Assembly: GCA_022508525.1 (NCBI GenBank)
Contig: JAFLVA010000007.1
Coordinates: forward strand, 18,380 to 82,379
Direction of reading: 5' to 3'
DNA: 64,000 nucleotides
DNA from: Erysipelotrichales bacterium
GTDB lineage: Bacteria > Bacillota_I > Bacilli_A > RFN20 > CAG-826
Shown here piece after piece: positions 56,227 through 64,000 of this stretch. Below the pieces are notes generated by a model that made no database searches, was not told where the DNA came from, and was given only the letters and a program-made list of their open reading frames with translations. The first letter of the stretch is position 1. Each line of letters starts with the position of its first letter. The position numbers and the translations under genes were made by a program.

Positions 56227-57955
56227 ATCAACTATGAGATTTTTCAAAAGTAATCTAAAAAATCATCTATTATCCCTATTTTTAAGCATCTTTTTTGCAT
56301 TATTGTTTGTTATAGCAACAATTTTATTTACTATTATTACTGGAAAAATTATTGATGTTGTCAAAGAAACATCTAACATAGATTTTGCTTTATTAAGGCA
56401 ATATTTAATTGTGCTTATTATTTGTGCGCTAGTGGCCTTATTTTCAGATTGGTGTCTTCGTTATATTTCATCAAAAATGTGTTATCGCATTGTTAGCGAA
56501 CTAAGAAAGAAAGCTATTGATAAATTATTATCTGTAAATATTTCCTATATTGATAGTCATCAACATGGTGATCTAATAACTTCAGTAATTGCAGACATTG
56601 ATATAATTTCAGATGGATTAATGCAGTTATTTCAAAAATTGTTTACTGGTGTAATGACAATTATTTTGACACTTGCCATCATGATATATCTTTGCTGGCC
56701 GTTAGCGATTGTTGTATTTGTTTTAACACCACTCTCTGTGATTTTTTCATTAATTATCGCAAAAAAATCTAAAAAAGTTTATAGATTACAATCTGAGATA
56801 AAGGGAAAAATTGGTGGCTTTGTTAATGAGAACTTATCCAATCAAAAAGTAATTATTTCATATAACAATGAAAAAGAAAAAGAAGAAGAATATGAAGTTA
56901 TTAATAAAGAATTTTTAGATGTTAATTTCAAAGCCGAACTAATTGCCGCTTTTATAAATCCAACGACAAGACTTATAAACGCTATAATATATGCTACTAT
57001 TGCTATTGTTGGAGGCCTATTTGTTGCAAATGACTGGTTTAGTTTATCAACTGGTATTTTAGTTTCATTCTTACTATTTGCTAATCATTATACAAAACCA
57101 TTTAACGAAATTTCTAATGTTATTTCCGAACTTCAAACGTCATTTGCATCAATCAATCGCATCCAAAATTTACTTGATGAAAATGGTGTTGTTGATGATA
57201 GTGATAAACTAGCATTTGAATATAAAAACGGTGATATAAAAGTTGAAAATGTTGATTTTTCCTATGATAATCAACATCTAATATTAAAACAAATAAATTT
57301 TGCAATTAAATCAAGACAAAAAGTTGCAATTGTAGGCACAACTGGGTGTGGAAAGACAACTCTTATCAATTTGATAATGCGTTTTTATGATCAAGACAAA
57401 GGAAAAATTTTCGTTTCAAATCAGAATATATTAAATACTAATCGCGATACTTTACGTGATCATTTTGGAATGGTGTTGCAAGATACATGGATTTTTAAAG
57501 GAACAATAAAAGATAATATTCGTTATGTTAAGCTAGATGCAAGTGATGATGAAATTATTGAAGCTGCTAGAAAGGCAAAAGCACATAGCTTTATTATGCA
57601 AATGAAAAATGGTTATGACACTATCGTAAGTGATGACTCTGGATTATCAAATGGACAAAAACAATTAATATGTATTGCGAGATTGTTTTTAGCAAAGCCG
57701 GAAATGTTAATTCTAGATGAGGCAACATCTAGTATTGATACAAGAACAGAAATTCTTATTCAAGAGGGTTTTGATGAAGTAATGAAAGGTAAAACTTCAA
57801 TTATTATTGCTCATCGCTTATCTACAATTAGAAATGCTGATTTAATTTTAGTTATGGATAATGGAAAAATTATTGAACAGGGTAAACATGAAGAACTATT
57901 AGATAAAAAAGGATTTTATTTCGAATTATATAATGCACAGTTTAGGCAACAATAA
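56219..57955 (+). CDS. ABC exporter half-transporter (TMD-NBD), consensus-site subunit
   Basis: Walker A GTTGCGKTT, Walker B LILDEATSSID (catalytic Glu present), and an altered signature LSNGQKQ. It overlaps the upstream gene by 8 nt. Confidence 0.85.
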   Translation: MPKSTMRFFKSNLKNHLLSLFLSIFFALLFVIATILFTIITGKIIDVVKETSNIDFALLRQYLIVLIICALVALFSDWCLRYISSKMCYRIVSELRKKAIDKLLSVNISYIDSHQHGDLITSVIADIDIISDGLMQLFQKLFTGVMTIILTLAIMIYLCWPLAIVVFVLTPLSVIFSLIIAKKSKKVYRLQSEIKGKIGGFVNENLSNQKVIISYNNEKEKEEEYEVINKEFLDVNFKAELIAAFINPTTRLINAIIYATIAIVGGLFVANDWFSLSTGILVSFLLFANHYTKPFNEISNVISELQTSFASINRIQNLLDENGVVDDSDKLAFEYKNGDIKVENVDFSYDNQHLILKQINFAIKSRQKVAIVGTTGCGKTTLINLIMRFYDQDKGKIFVSNQNILNTNRDTLRDHFGMVLQDTWIFKGTIKDNIRYVKLDASDDEIIEAARKAKAHSFIMQMKNGYDTIVSDDSGLSNGQKQLICIARLFLAKPEMLILDEATSSIDTRTEILIQEGFDEVMKGKTSIIIAHRLSTIRNADLILVMDNGKIIEQGKHEELLDKKGFYFELYNAQFRQQ

Positions 57956-58058
57956 TATCAAAATGATAGAAAAAAAATATTGCACAACTTTTAGGTGCGC
58001 GCAAAGTTCTTTTAAAATATATGCTTTTATCATTTAATATAAGTGTGAGGTGATCATT

Positions 58059-58949
58059 ATGAAATTTAATGAAAAATTAAAAGAATTACGAATCCAAAAA
58101 AATCTGACACAGGATGATGTAGCAAGTCATCTACACATTTCACGCCAAAGCGTTTCTAAATGGGAACAAGGTATTAACGAACCAGATATTCAAACTTTGA
58201 AACAGTTGTGTTTGTTATTTGAAGTTCCAATTGATGAGTTAATAGATGATGACAGAGAAGTTGTATTATCTAAAGAAGAGAAAAAAAGAAGAGTATCAAA
58301 AAATCTCTTTATTGCTCAAATCACTATTTGCTTATTTAACATTTTAAATATTTTATGCTTACTAGTATTTATACCTTCTAAAGTTGTTACACATTATGAT
58401 TTTGCTGGTAACGCTACTTATGGAAGCAAATTTACATACCTTTTATTTCTTACATTACCAATAATTGTAATTTTGATTAGCGCTTTATTCAAACTTTTTA
58501 CAAAGAATAATATTCATTATAAAAAACACGCAGTATTTACTAATTGTACATTCCTTATAATGCAAATATTGTTCTTTATCGGAACATTTATACCAATGGT
58601 GTTATTAATTGAATTTGATGAAATAACATTTTCTAGATTTATGATTTGCGAAATAGCGTTGATATTTATATGTGCAACAGTTTCAACAAATCCTATTGTT
58701 AATAAAAATCCTAATTTTTATGCAGGTTTTAGAACAAGCTTTACTCTTTCAAATAAAGAGGCGTGGCATAAAGTAAACATGTTACAATGCATATTAGGTT
58801 TTATTGCCGCAGTCATTATGTTAGTTGCTTCTCTTGTAATTAAAGAACACTGGGTGATTTATAGCATTTTCCTAGTATTAATTAGTTGCATAATCACCTA
58901 TATTTATCATGAAGTATTGCGACATAAAATGAAAAAAATAAATACTTAA
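58059..58949 (+). CDS. XRE-family HTH fused to a polytopic SdpI/DUF1648-like membrane domain
   Basis: N-terminus LKELRIQKNLTQDDVASHLHISRQSVSKWEQGINEPD (HTH_3). About 6 TM helices. The NFYAGFRTSFTLSNKEAWHKVN motif resembles the SdpI family. Confidence 0.7.
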   Translation: MKFNEKLKELRIQKNLTQDDVASHLHISRQSVSKWEQGINEPDIQTLKQLCLLFEVPIDELIDDDREVVLSKEEKKRRVSKNLFIAQITICLFNILNILCLLVFIPSKVVTHYDFAGNATYGSKFTYLLFLTLPIIVILISALFKLFTKNNIHYKKHAVFTNCTFLIMQILFFIGTFIPMVLLIEFDEITFSRFMICEIALIFICATVSTNPIVNKNPNFYAGFRTSFTLSNKEAWHKVNMLQCILGFIAAVIMLVASLVIKEHWVIYSIFLVLISCIITYIYHEVLRHKMKKINT

Positions 58950-58980
58950 TTACAAATTCCGCTTGTGATTTATCTATTAT

Positions 58981-59003
58981 GGACACATGTTGTGTCCTTT
59001 TTT
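58981..59003 (+). terminator. Intrinsic terminator
   Basis: Stem GGACACA / TGTGTCC with loop TGT, followed by T6. Confidence 0.75.
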
Positions 59004-59470
59004 ATTTATTGCTTTTTTAATAAATATTTCAGCTTTTGGAAATATGAACTTATTATATTTGATTAGAGGCTATATAGTTATCAATATGTATTGCAAATAT
59101 GAGAAAATGAGTATTGATAACATGAAAAAAGATAACCATAGCAATGATGGATATGATAATAAATTAGTAATTGACATACTTATTAATAGCAACCAATTTA
59201 ACTTAAAAAGTTATGGCATTTGTGCGTATTTTATTGAAATAAACATTTTCAAATTTTAGTGTGAAAAGCGACTAAATATCTATCATCAAATGAAGATGAA
59301 TTGTTTGATAGTTGGTCTAGTAATGGTAATAAATACTATAATGAAGTAATTGCGTAGCATATGACATAATTAAAATTTTCTAATAATACAATTTGAAGTA
59401 AGCAATTGATCTATGATAATTTAAATGAATATGACTTAGAGGATGCTAGTGGCTAAAGCTAAATATTTAA

Positions 59471-59499
59471 TTGAAATCAAGTATAATGTAAAGTATAAT
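59471..59499 (+). promoter_or_regulatory. Sigma-A type promoter of the LRR lipoprotein gene
   Basis: TTGAAA (59471-59476), 17-nt spacer, TATAAT (59494-59499). A second TATAAT lies at 59482-59487. Confidence 0.5.
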
Positions 59500-59502
59500 T
59501 TT

Positions 59503-59519
59503 ATTGAAATAATTTCAAT
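59503..59519. promoter_or_regulatory. Palindrome just downstream of the -10 box, candidate operator
   Basis: ATTGAAAT-A-ATTTCAAT (8-bp arms). A third ATTGAAAT copy at 59470-59477 overlaps the -35 box. Confidence 0.4.
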
Positions 59520-59571
59520 AAAACTTTTATTGTACAAACTCAATTTTTTGATTGGTATCGGAGGATTTATT

Positions 59572-62500
59572 ATGAAAAGAAAAAATAAAAATTTTACAAA
59601 GCCACTTATTATGTTTTTAATTACTGGTTTTGTAACGACTCTTGCGGCAAGCTGTGCGCCAAAAAAATCAAATTCTATTGATATAAGTGATTTGATAAGT
59701 GGCGATGGAAATTCGTCAAATAATGGCTCAAATGATTCGACAACAACACCGCCTAGTTCAGAAGATATCCCACCTATTGAAGAAGAAGGGGAGTTAAAAT
59801 ATACAATCGTAAATAATAACGGAAATAAATATGTCGAAGTTTCAGAAGGCACAAATGTTCAATCTATTACTGAAATAGAAGTGCCATCAAGAATAGAGAT
59901 TAAAGGAGCAATGTATGAGGTTAAAAGTATCAAAGCAGGTACATTTGCTAATTACACTTCGTTAAGAAAAATAACATTACCATTTTTAGGAACAACGAAT
60001 ACTACATCTGGAACTTTATATTCACTGTTTGGTACTTCCGTAAATAATATTCCTGTTACACTCAAAGAGGTAGTAATCAAAGGTGGAACAACATTAGGAT
60101 CATCTGCTTTTAAGGATTGTGCAAATTTAACAAGCATTACGATTGCTAATACTTTTGAAGAAATCAAAAAAGGCGCATTTAAGGGATGTAGTTCTTTGGA
60201 AAGTATAGAACTTCCATTTGTAGGCGCAAGAAAAGATGGAACAAAACCAAGTGATGATGGTTCTTATGGAATGGGAACCACTTATGATAAATTTGGTTGG
60301 ATATTTGGCTTTGGATCAGTTGCTGAGCAAAACAATATTTCAAATCAAAGACAATATATTCCGGCTAATTTAGAAAAAGTAACAATCAATGGTGGAACAA
60401 AAATTGTAAATAATGCCTTTGCATATTCTGATATTTTCGCAATTACTATCAAGGCATCAGTAGGTTCAATAGAATGGAATGCTTTTGATTCAACGACAAG
60501 TATTATATATTTTGAAAATTCAAATAGTTCTCTTTTTAGTGGTACATATAATAGCGCAACTGCAGTTTATTTTGGTGTCAATGAAAATACATCTAAAGAA
60601 ATAGATAATATGCGATTTGTGATTAGAAATGGTAAAGCGATATTAGCAGAAAATTTAAAAGATGAAAGAACTAAGTTTATACCAGATACAATAGATATCT
60701 CTAATACAAATTATGAAGTCGAAGAAATAGGCAAATATGCATTTAAAAATCATACAAATTTACAAACTATTGAATTACCAAATCATTTGAGAATAATTAA
60801 TCATAGTGCATTTTATGGATGCACATCTTTAGAAAATGTAACACTTCTAGATAATGTCATAGAGATTGGAGAAAAAGCATTTTATAACTGTACTTCACTT
60901 ACATCAATAAGGATACCTGATTCAGTATCTACAATAGGCAGTTCTGCATTTGAAAATTGTAGAAAGTTAAGTAGTGTCAGCATTCCGTCAAAATTAACAG
61001 TGATTTCTGAACGTCTTTTCTCTAATTGTGAAAAAATTGAGAAAATTGAAATACCTTATGGAGTACAGACTATTGGAGATTATGCTTTTGAAAATTGTCG
61101 TTCTCTTAAAACTATTTTAATTCCAAATACTGTTACTAGTATTGGACGTTCAGCATTTTATGGATGTTCATCATTAGCTTCAGTTTCAATTCCAAGTTCT
61201 GTTACTACAATTGGAACAAGAGCGTTTGAAGCATGTGGTGTGTTAACAATATATGCTGAAGTAACATCAAAACCAGCTGGCTGGTTCTACGATTATGGTG
61301 GCAGTTGGAATCAAGATAATCGACCAGTAGTATGGGGAATCAAAGAGATTGATGGGATTTTATATCGTTTATCAGGTAGTACTGCAACCATAATTGGAAT
61401 GCTTGATACGAGCGAGCAAATTATAATACCTTCTATCGTTTATTCAGAAGGTAAATCCTACTCTGTTACAAGTATTGATAAAGGAGCATTAAGTGAAGCA
61501 AAAGATGTGACAAGTTTAACACTTCCGTTTGCTCCAACATATTTAGGACTTTTATTTGGAGCATCATCGGCAAGTCAAAATAGTACATATGTTCCAAATT
61601 CATTAAAAGAAGTAACAATTTCAGGAGGAAGTGAAATTCGTTCTGAAGCGTTTATTAACTGTACTTCAATAGAAAAAATTACTCTTTCTAGCACAATAAC
61701 AAGCATTGGAGCACAAGCGTTTTATAACTGTAAATCTTTAGAGAGTTTTATTGTGCCTCAAAATGTAACAAGTATTGGAAATGGTGCATTCCAAAATTGT
61801 AGTAAATTAAAAGAAATTACATTGCCATTTGTAGGAGGTTCATCTAGTTCAACTACAAATTCATTCTTTAGTTATATATTTGGAGCATACTCATCTGCAC
61901 AAAGTAATAATTATTTACCTATTGCATTAAAGAAAGTTACAATAACAAAACAAACAGTAATTCCAGATGGCGCATTTGAATCATGTAGCAATATTGAAGA
62001 AATTATTTTGCCATATTCAACAACGAAGATTGGTAATCGTGCATTTAAAAATTGTACATCACTTACAAATTTTGTGATTCCTAGTAGTGTAACATCAATT
62101 GGGCAAGAAGCATTTGTTGGCTGCGTTGCTTTATCAGATATTAATGTTTCAAATAAGACAGAAGAAGTCGGTAAAGATGCTTTCGACGAAAATATGGATT
62201 TTGCTGAATATGGAAATAGTTTATATATTGGAACATCGACTAATCCATATTATGTTTTAGTCAAAGCTAAAAATACTGATGTAGAAGAAATCACTATACA
62301 TCAAAATACAAAAGTAATTGCGGATGAAGCATTTGTAAATTGTATGAACCTCACTTCAATTACAATACCATCATCTGTGACAAACATTGGGAAAAATGTA
62401 TTTAAAGGTTGCAATTCTTTATCATCTTTAACATTATCAAATATGAATAATCCATTGAACTATTATTTTGGTTCAAAAGAATTTATTCCTTCATCGTTAA

Positions 62501-64000
62501 AACAAGTAACGATAAATGGAGGAACAGCAATTGTAGAAAGAGCATTTGAAGGATGTAGCGATATAGTTACAATTAATCTTCCAAGCACATTAAAAACTAT
62601 TGGTGCTTCAGCTTTTAGTGGTTGCAGTTCATTAAATACTATTACAATTCCTAGTACTGTAACTACAATAGGTTCAAATGCATTTAAAGATTGTGTTGCA
62701 TTAGAAGAAGTTGTTTTACCAAATTCATTGACAACAATTGAAAATGGTATTTTAAGTGGTTGCACTGCATTAAGAAAATTAACATTACCAAATTCATTTG
62801 AATACTTAGGCAAAGTATTCGGTGCGACAAGTTATACGCAAAATTCTTCGTATGTACCAAGTAGTTTAAAAGAGGTAATTGTTACAGGTGGAACAAGTAT
62901 TGAAAACTACGCATTCTATGGATGTGGTTCATTAACTTCAATCATACTTTCAAATGGCATTAAAACAATAGGTGCATCAGCATTTAATGGATGTAATAGC
63001 TTAGCAAGTTTAACGATTCCAGGAACTGTCACAAGCATTGGAAGTAATGCATTTAAAAATTGTAGTTCGCTAAAATTGATTACAATTCCTAGTGATGTTA
63101 AAACAATGGGTAGTTCAGTATTTAAAGGATGTACTCAATTGTTTATATATTGCGAAGCTGAAAGTAAACCAAGTAGATGGGATGAGACTTGGAATCCAGA
63201 CAACCGCCCAGCTTTCTGGGGACAATCTGAAAAAGATGTTATAGTTATTGATAATATTAGATACACAATAATTGATGGAAAAGCGATTGTAACAGGATAT
63301 GTTGGAGAAATTGTGAACTTGACTATCCCACAATTTATAACCGATTCTAATGGTACAAATTATGAAGTTGTATCAATTGGAAGTCGCGCTTTCCAAGGAT
63401 GTAATTCATTAAAGTCAGTTACAATTACTGCTTCAATTTATGAAATTGGAGATGGAGCATTTTATAATTGTAATCAAATTGAAGAAATGACATTACCAAT
63501 TATTCCTGAATATTTAGGAAAATTATTTGGTGCAGATAGCTATGCTCAAAATAGCATATTTGTGCCAAGTAGTTTAAAAAATTTAAATTTTATAGGTGGA
63601 GATAATATAGCAGCACATGCATTTGAAGGATGTAGTTCTTTAGAAACAATAATTCTACCATATAGCTTAAGTTCAATCGGAGAAAGTGCTTTTGCCTCTT
63701 GTGAATCACTACGTACACTTAACATTCCTACTTATGTAATGAGTATTGGAAATGGAGCATTTAAAGATTGTAAATCATTAGAAAAAGTTGTAATTCCTGA
63801 TTCCGTAATGGTTATTGGCGAAGAACTATTCTATGGTTGTAGTGCATTAACTTTAGTTATAGTACCTAATTCAGTAATGAGTATAGAAGCAAGAGCATTT
63901 GAGGGATGTGAATCACTTTCCAATATACGTATTCCATCTTCAGTTATGACAATAGGAGAAAGTGCATTTAAATGGTGTACAAGTTTAGAAGCAATTACAC
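59572..64000 (+). CDS. Giant surface lipoprotein built from BspA-type leucine-rich repeats (3' end outside window)
   Basis: This ORF is missing from the supplied track because it has no stop in the window. My hand translation of frame 1 from the ATG at 59572 (RBS GGAGG) to nt 64000 is open for 1476 codons. Lipobox LAASC. About 23-aa LRR_5-type repeats (xAFxxCxSLxSIxIPxSVTxIG) occur throughout. Confidence 0.85.
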   Translation, partial: MKRKNKNFTKPLIMFLITGFVTTLAASCAPKKSNSIDISDLISGDGNSSNNGSNDSTTTPPSSEDIPPIEEEGELKYTIVNNNGNKYVEVSEGTNVQSITEIEVPSRIEIKGAMYEVKSIKAGTFANYTSLRKITLPFLGTTNTTSGTLYSLFGTSVNNIPVTLKEVVIKGGTTLGSSAFKDCANLTSITIANTFEEIKKGAFKGCSSLESIELPFVGARKDGTKPSDDGSYGMGTTYDKFGWIFGFGSVAEQNNISNQRQYIPANLEKVTINGGTKIVNNAFAYSDIFAITIKASVGSIEWNAFDSTTSIIYFENSNSSLFSGTYNSATAVYFGVNENTSKEIDNMRFVIRNGKAILAENLKDERTKFIPDTIDISNTNYEVEEIGKYAFKNHTNLQTIELPNHLRIINHSAFYGCTSLENVTLLDNVIEIGEKAFYNCTSLTSIRIPDSVSTIGSSAFENCRKLSSVSIPSKLTVISERLFSNCEKIEKIEIPYGVQTIGDYAFENCRSLKTILIPNTVTSIGRSAFYGCSSLASVSIPSSVTTIGTRAFEACGVLTIYAEVTSKPAGWFYDYGGSWNQDNRPVVWGIKEIDGILYRLSGSTATIIGMLDTSEQIIIPSIVYSEGKSYSVTSIDKGALSEAKDVTSLTLPFAPTYLGLLFGASSASQNSTYVPNSLKEVTISGGSEIRSEAFINCTSIEKITLSSTITSIGAQAFYNCKSLESFIVPQNVTSIGNGAFQNCSKLKEITLPFVGGSSSSTTNSFFSYIFGAYSSAQSNNYLPIALKKVTITKQTVIPDGAFESCSNIEEIILPYSTTKIGNRAFKNCTSLTNFVIPSSVTSIGQEAFVGCVALSDINVSNKTEEVGKDAFDENMDFAEYGNSLYIGTSTNPYYVLVKAKNTDVEEITIHQNTKVIADEAFVNCMNLTSITIPSSVTNIGKNVFKGCNSLSSLTLSNMNNPLNYYFGSKEFIPSSLKQVTINGGTAIVERAFEGCSDIVTINLPSTLKTIGASAFSGCSSLNTITIPSTVTTIGSNAFKDCVALEEVVLPNSLTTIENGILSGCTALRKLTLPNSFEYLGKVFGATSYTQNSSYVPSSLKEVIVTGGTSIENYAFYGCGSLTSIILSNGIKTIGASAFNGCNSLASLTIPGTVTSIGSNAFKNCSSLKLITIPSDVKTMGSSVFKGCTQLFIYCEAESKPSRWDETWNPDNRPAFWGQSEKDVIVIDNIRYTIIDGKAIVTGYVGEIVNLTIPQFITDSNGTNYEVVSIGSRAFQGCNSLKSVTITASIYEIGDGAFYNCNQIEEMTLPIIPEYLGKLFGADSYAQNSIFVPSSLKNLNFIGGDNIAAHAFEGCSSLETIILPYSLSSIGESAFASCESLRTLNIPTYVMSIGNGAFKDCKSLEKVVIPDSVMVIGEELFYGCSALTLVIVPNSVMSIEARAFEGCESLSNIRIPSSVMTIGESAFKWCTSLEAIT

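Noticed and set aside
58987-59259. 90-aa + strand ORF in the long gap before the LRR gene.
   Set aside because: Its ATG lies inside the GGACACA/TGTGTCC terminator hairpin. It has no RBS, and the translation is Ile/Asn/Leu-rich, as expected from random AT-rich DNA.
59262-59357. Short open stretch encoding ...SSNEDELFDSWSSNGNKYYNEVIA-stop that looks protein-like (possible gene remnant).
   Set aside because: There is no start codon and an in-frame stop sits immediately upstream. It is too short to assign, so a pseudogene fragment can be neither supported nor excluded.
59436-63333. Several minus-strand ORFs (59436-59852, 59952-60167, 62463-62813, 63115-63333) listed in the track. Also considered: that the periodic repeats here might be a CRISPR-like array.
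   Set aside because: The + strand frame 1 is open over the whole region and encodes coherent LRR units. The repeats are about 69 nt, degenerate and protein-coding, not identical short repeats separated by unique spacers.

Overview
AT-rich, Firmicutes-type chromosomal segment. The standard genetic code applies: TGA is used as a stop (for example at the rsgA and thiN-like ends) and TGG encodes Trp. By gene content it resembles an Erysipelotrichia or wall-bearing Mollicutes relative, but I cannot confirm taxonomy without a search. Most genes are core and lie on the + strand. In order: potABCD-like polyamine ABC transporter; a 3-tRNA array; two lipoproteins flanking pncB; a 7-tRNA array; typA (-); HAD phosphatase; rimO; a solitary MazF-like gene; tRNA-Thr; a membrane-fused spermidine-synthase-like protein; AbrB-like regulator plus ABC-2 transporter; amidase; rimP-nusA-ylxR-ylxQ-infB-rbfA, then truB and rpsO; a CwlJ/SleB-like hydrolase; trmL; rqcH (-); gmk-priA; rlmN-PP2C-STK-rsgA-rpe-thiN-like; rpmB (-); asd-dapF-aminotransferase; ppiB (-); a heterodimeric ABC exporter; an HTH-membrane regulator; and a surface lipoprotein of more than 1476 codons with BspA-type leucine-rich repeats that runs off the window end. 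No rRNA, CRISPR array, transposase or integrase was recognised. The most unusual locus is a translationally coupled three-gene operon at 43818-49280 (480 aa, 209 aa, 1134 aa). Its order, sizes and ATPase motifs match MukFEB/MksFEB/JetABC (Wadjet-like) SMC complexes, but no JetD/MksG Toprim nuclease gene is present. A two-TM membrane protein occupies the fourth position, and a perfect palindrome overlaps the predicted promoter. Other points worth a second look: a 4-TM module present twice (fused to PotC, and fused to an acidic-linker/basic-domain protein) with a 37/38-nt identical DNA core; a MazF-like toxin with an N-terminal extension and no antitoxin gene; a leader with two consecutive terminators ahead of the CwlJ-like gene; a small protein with a 14-Cys/12-His tail; a degenerate thiamine pyrophosphokinase homolog; and the concatenated architecture of the LRR protein. 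All family assignments come from motif recognition by eye and from synteny, not from searches.
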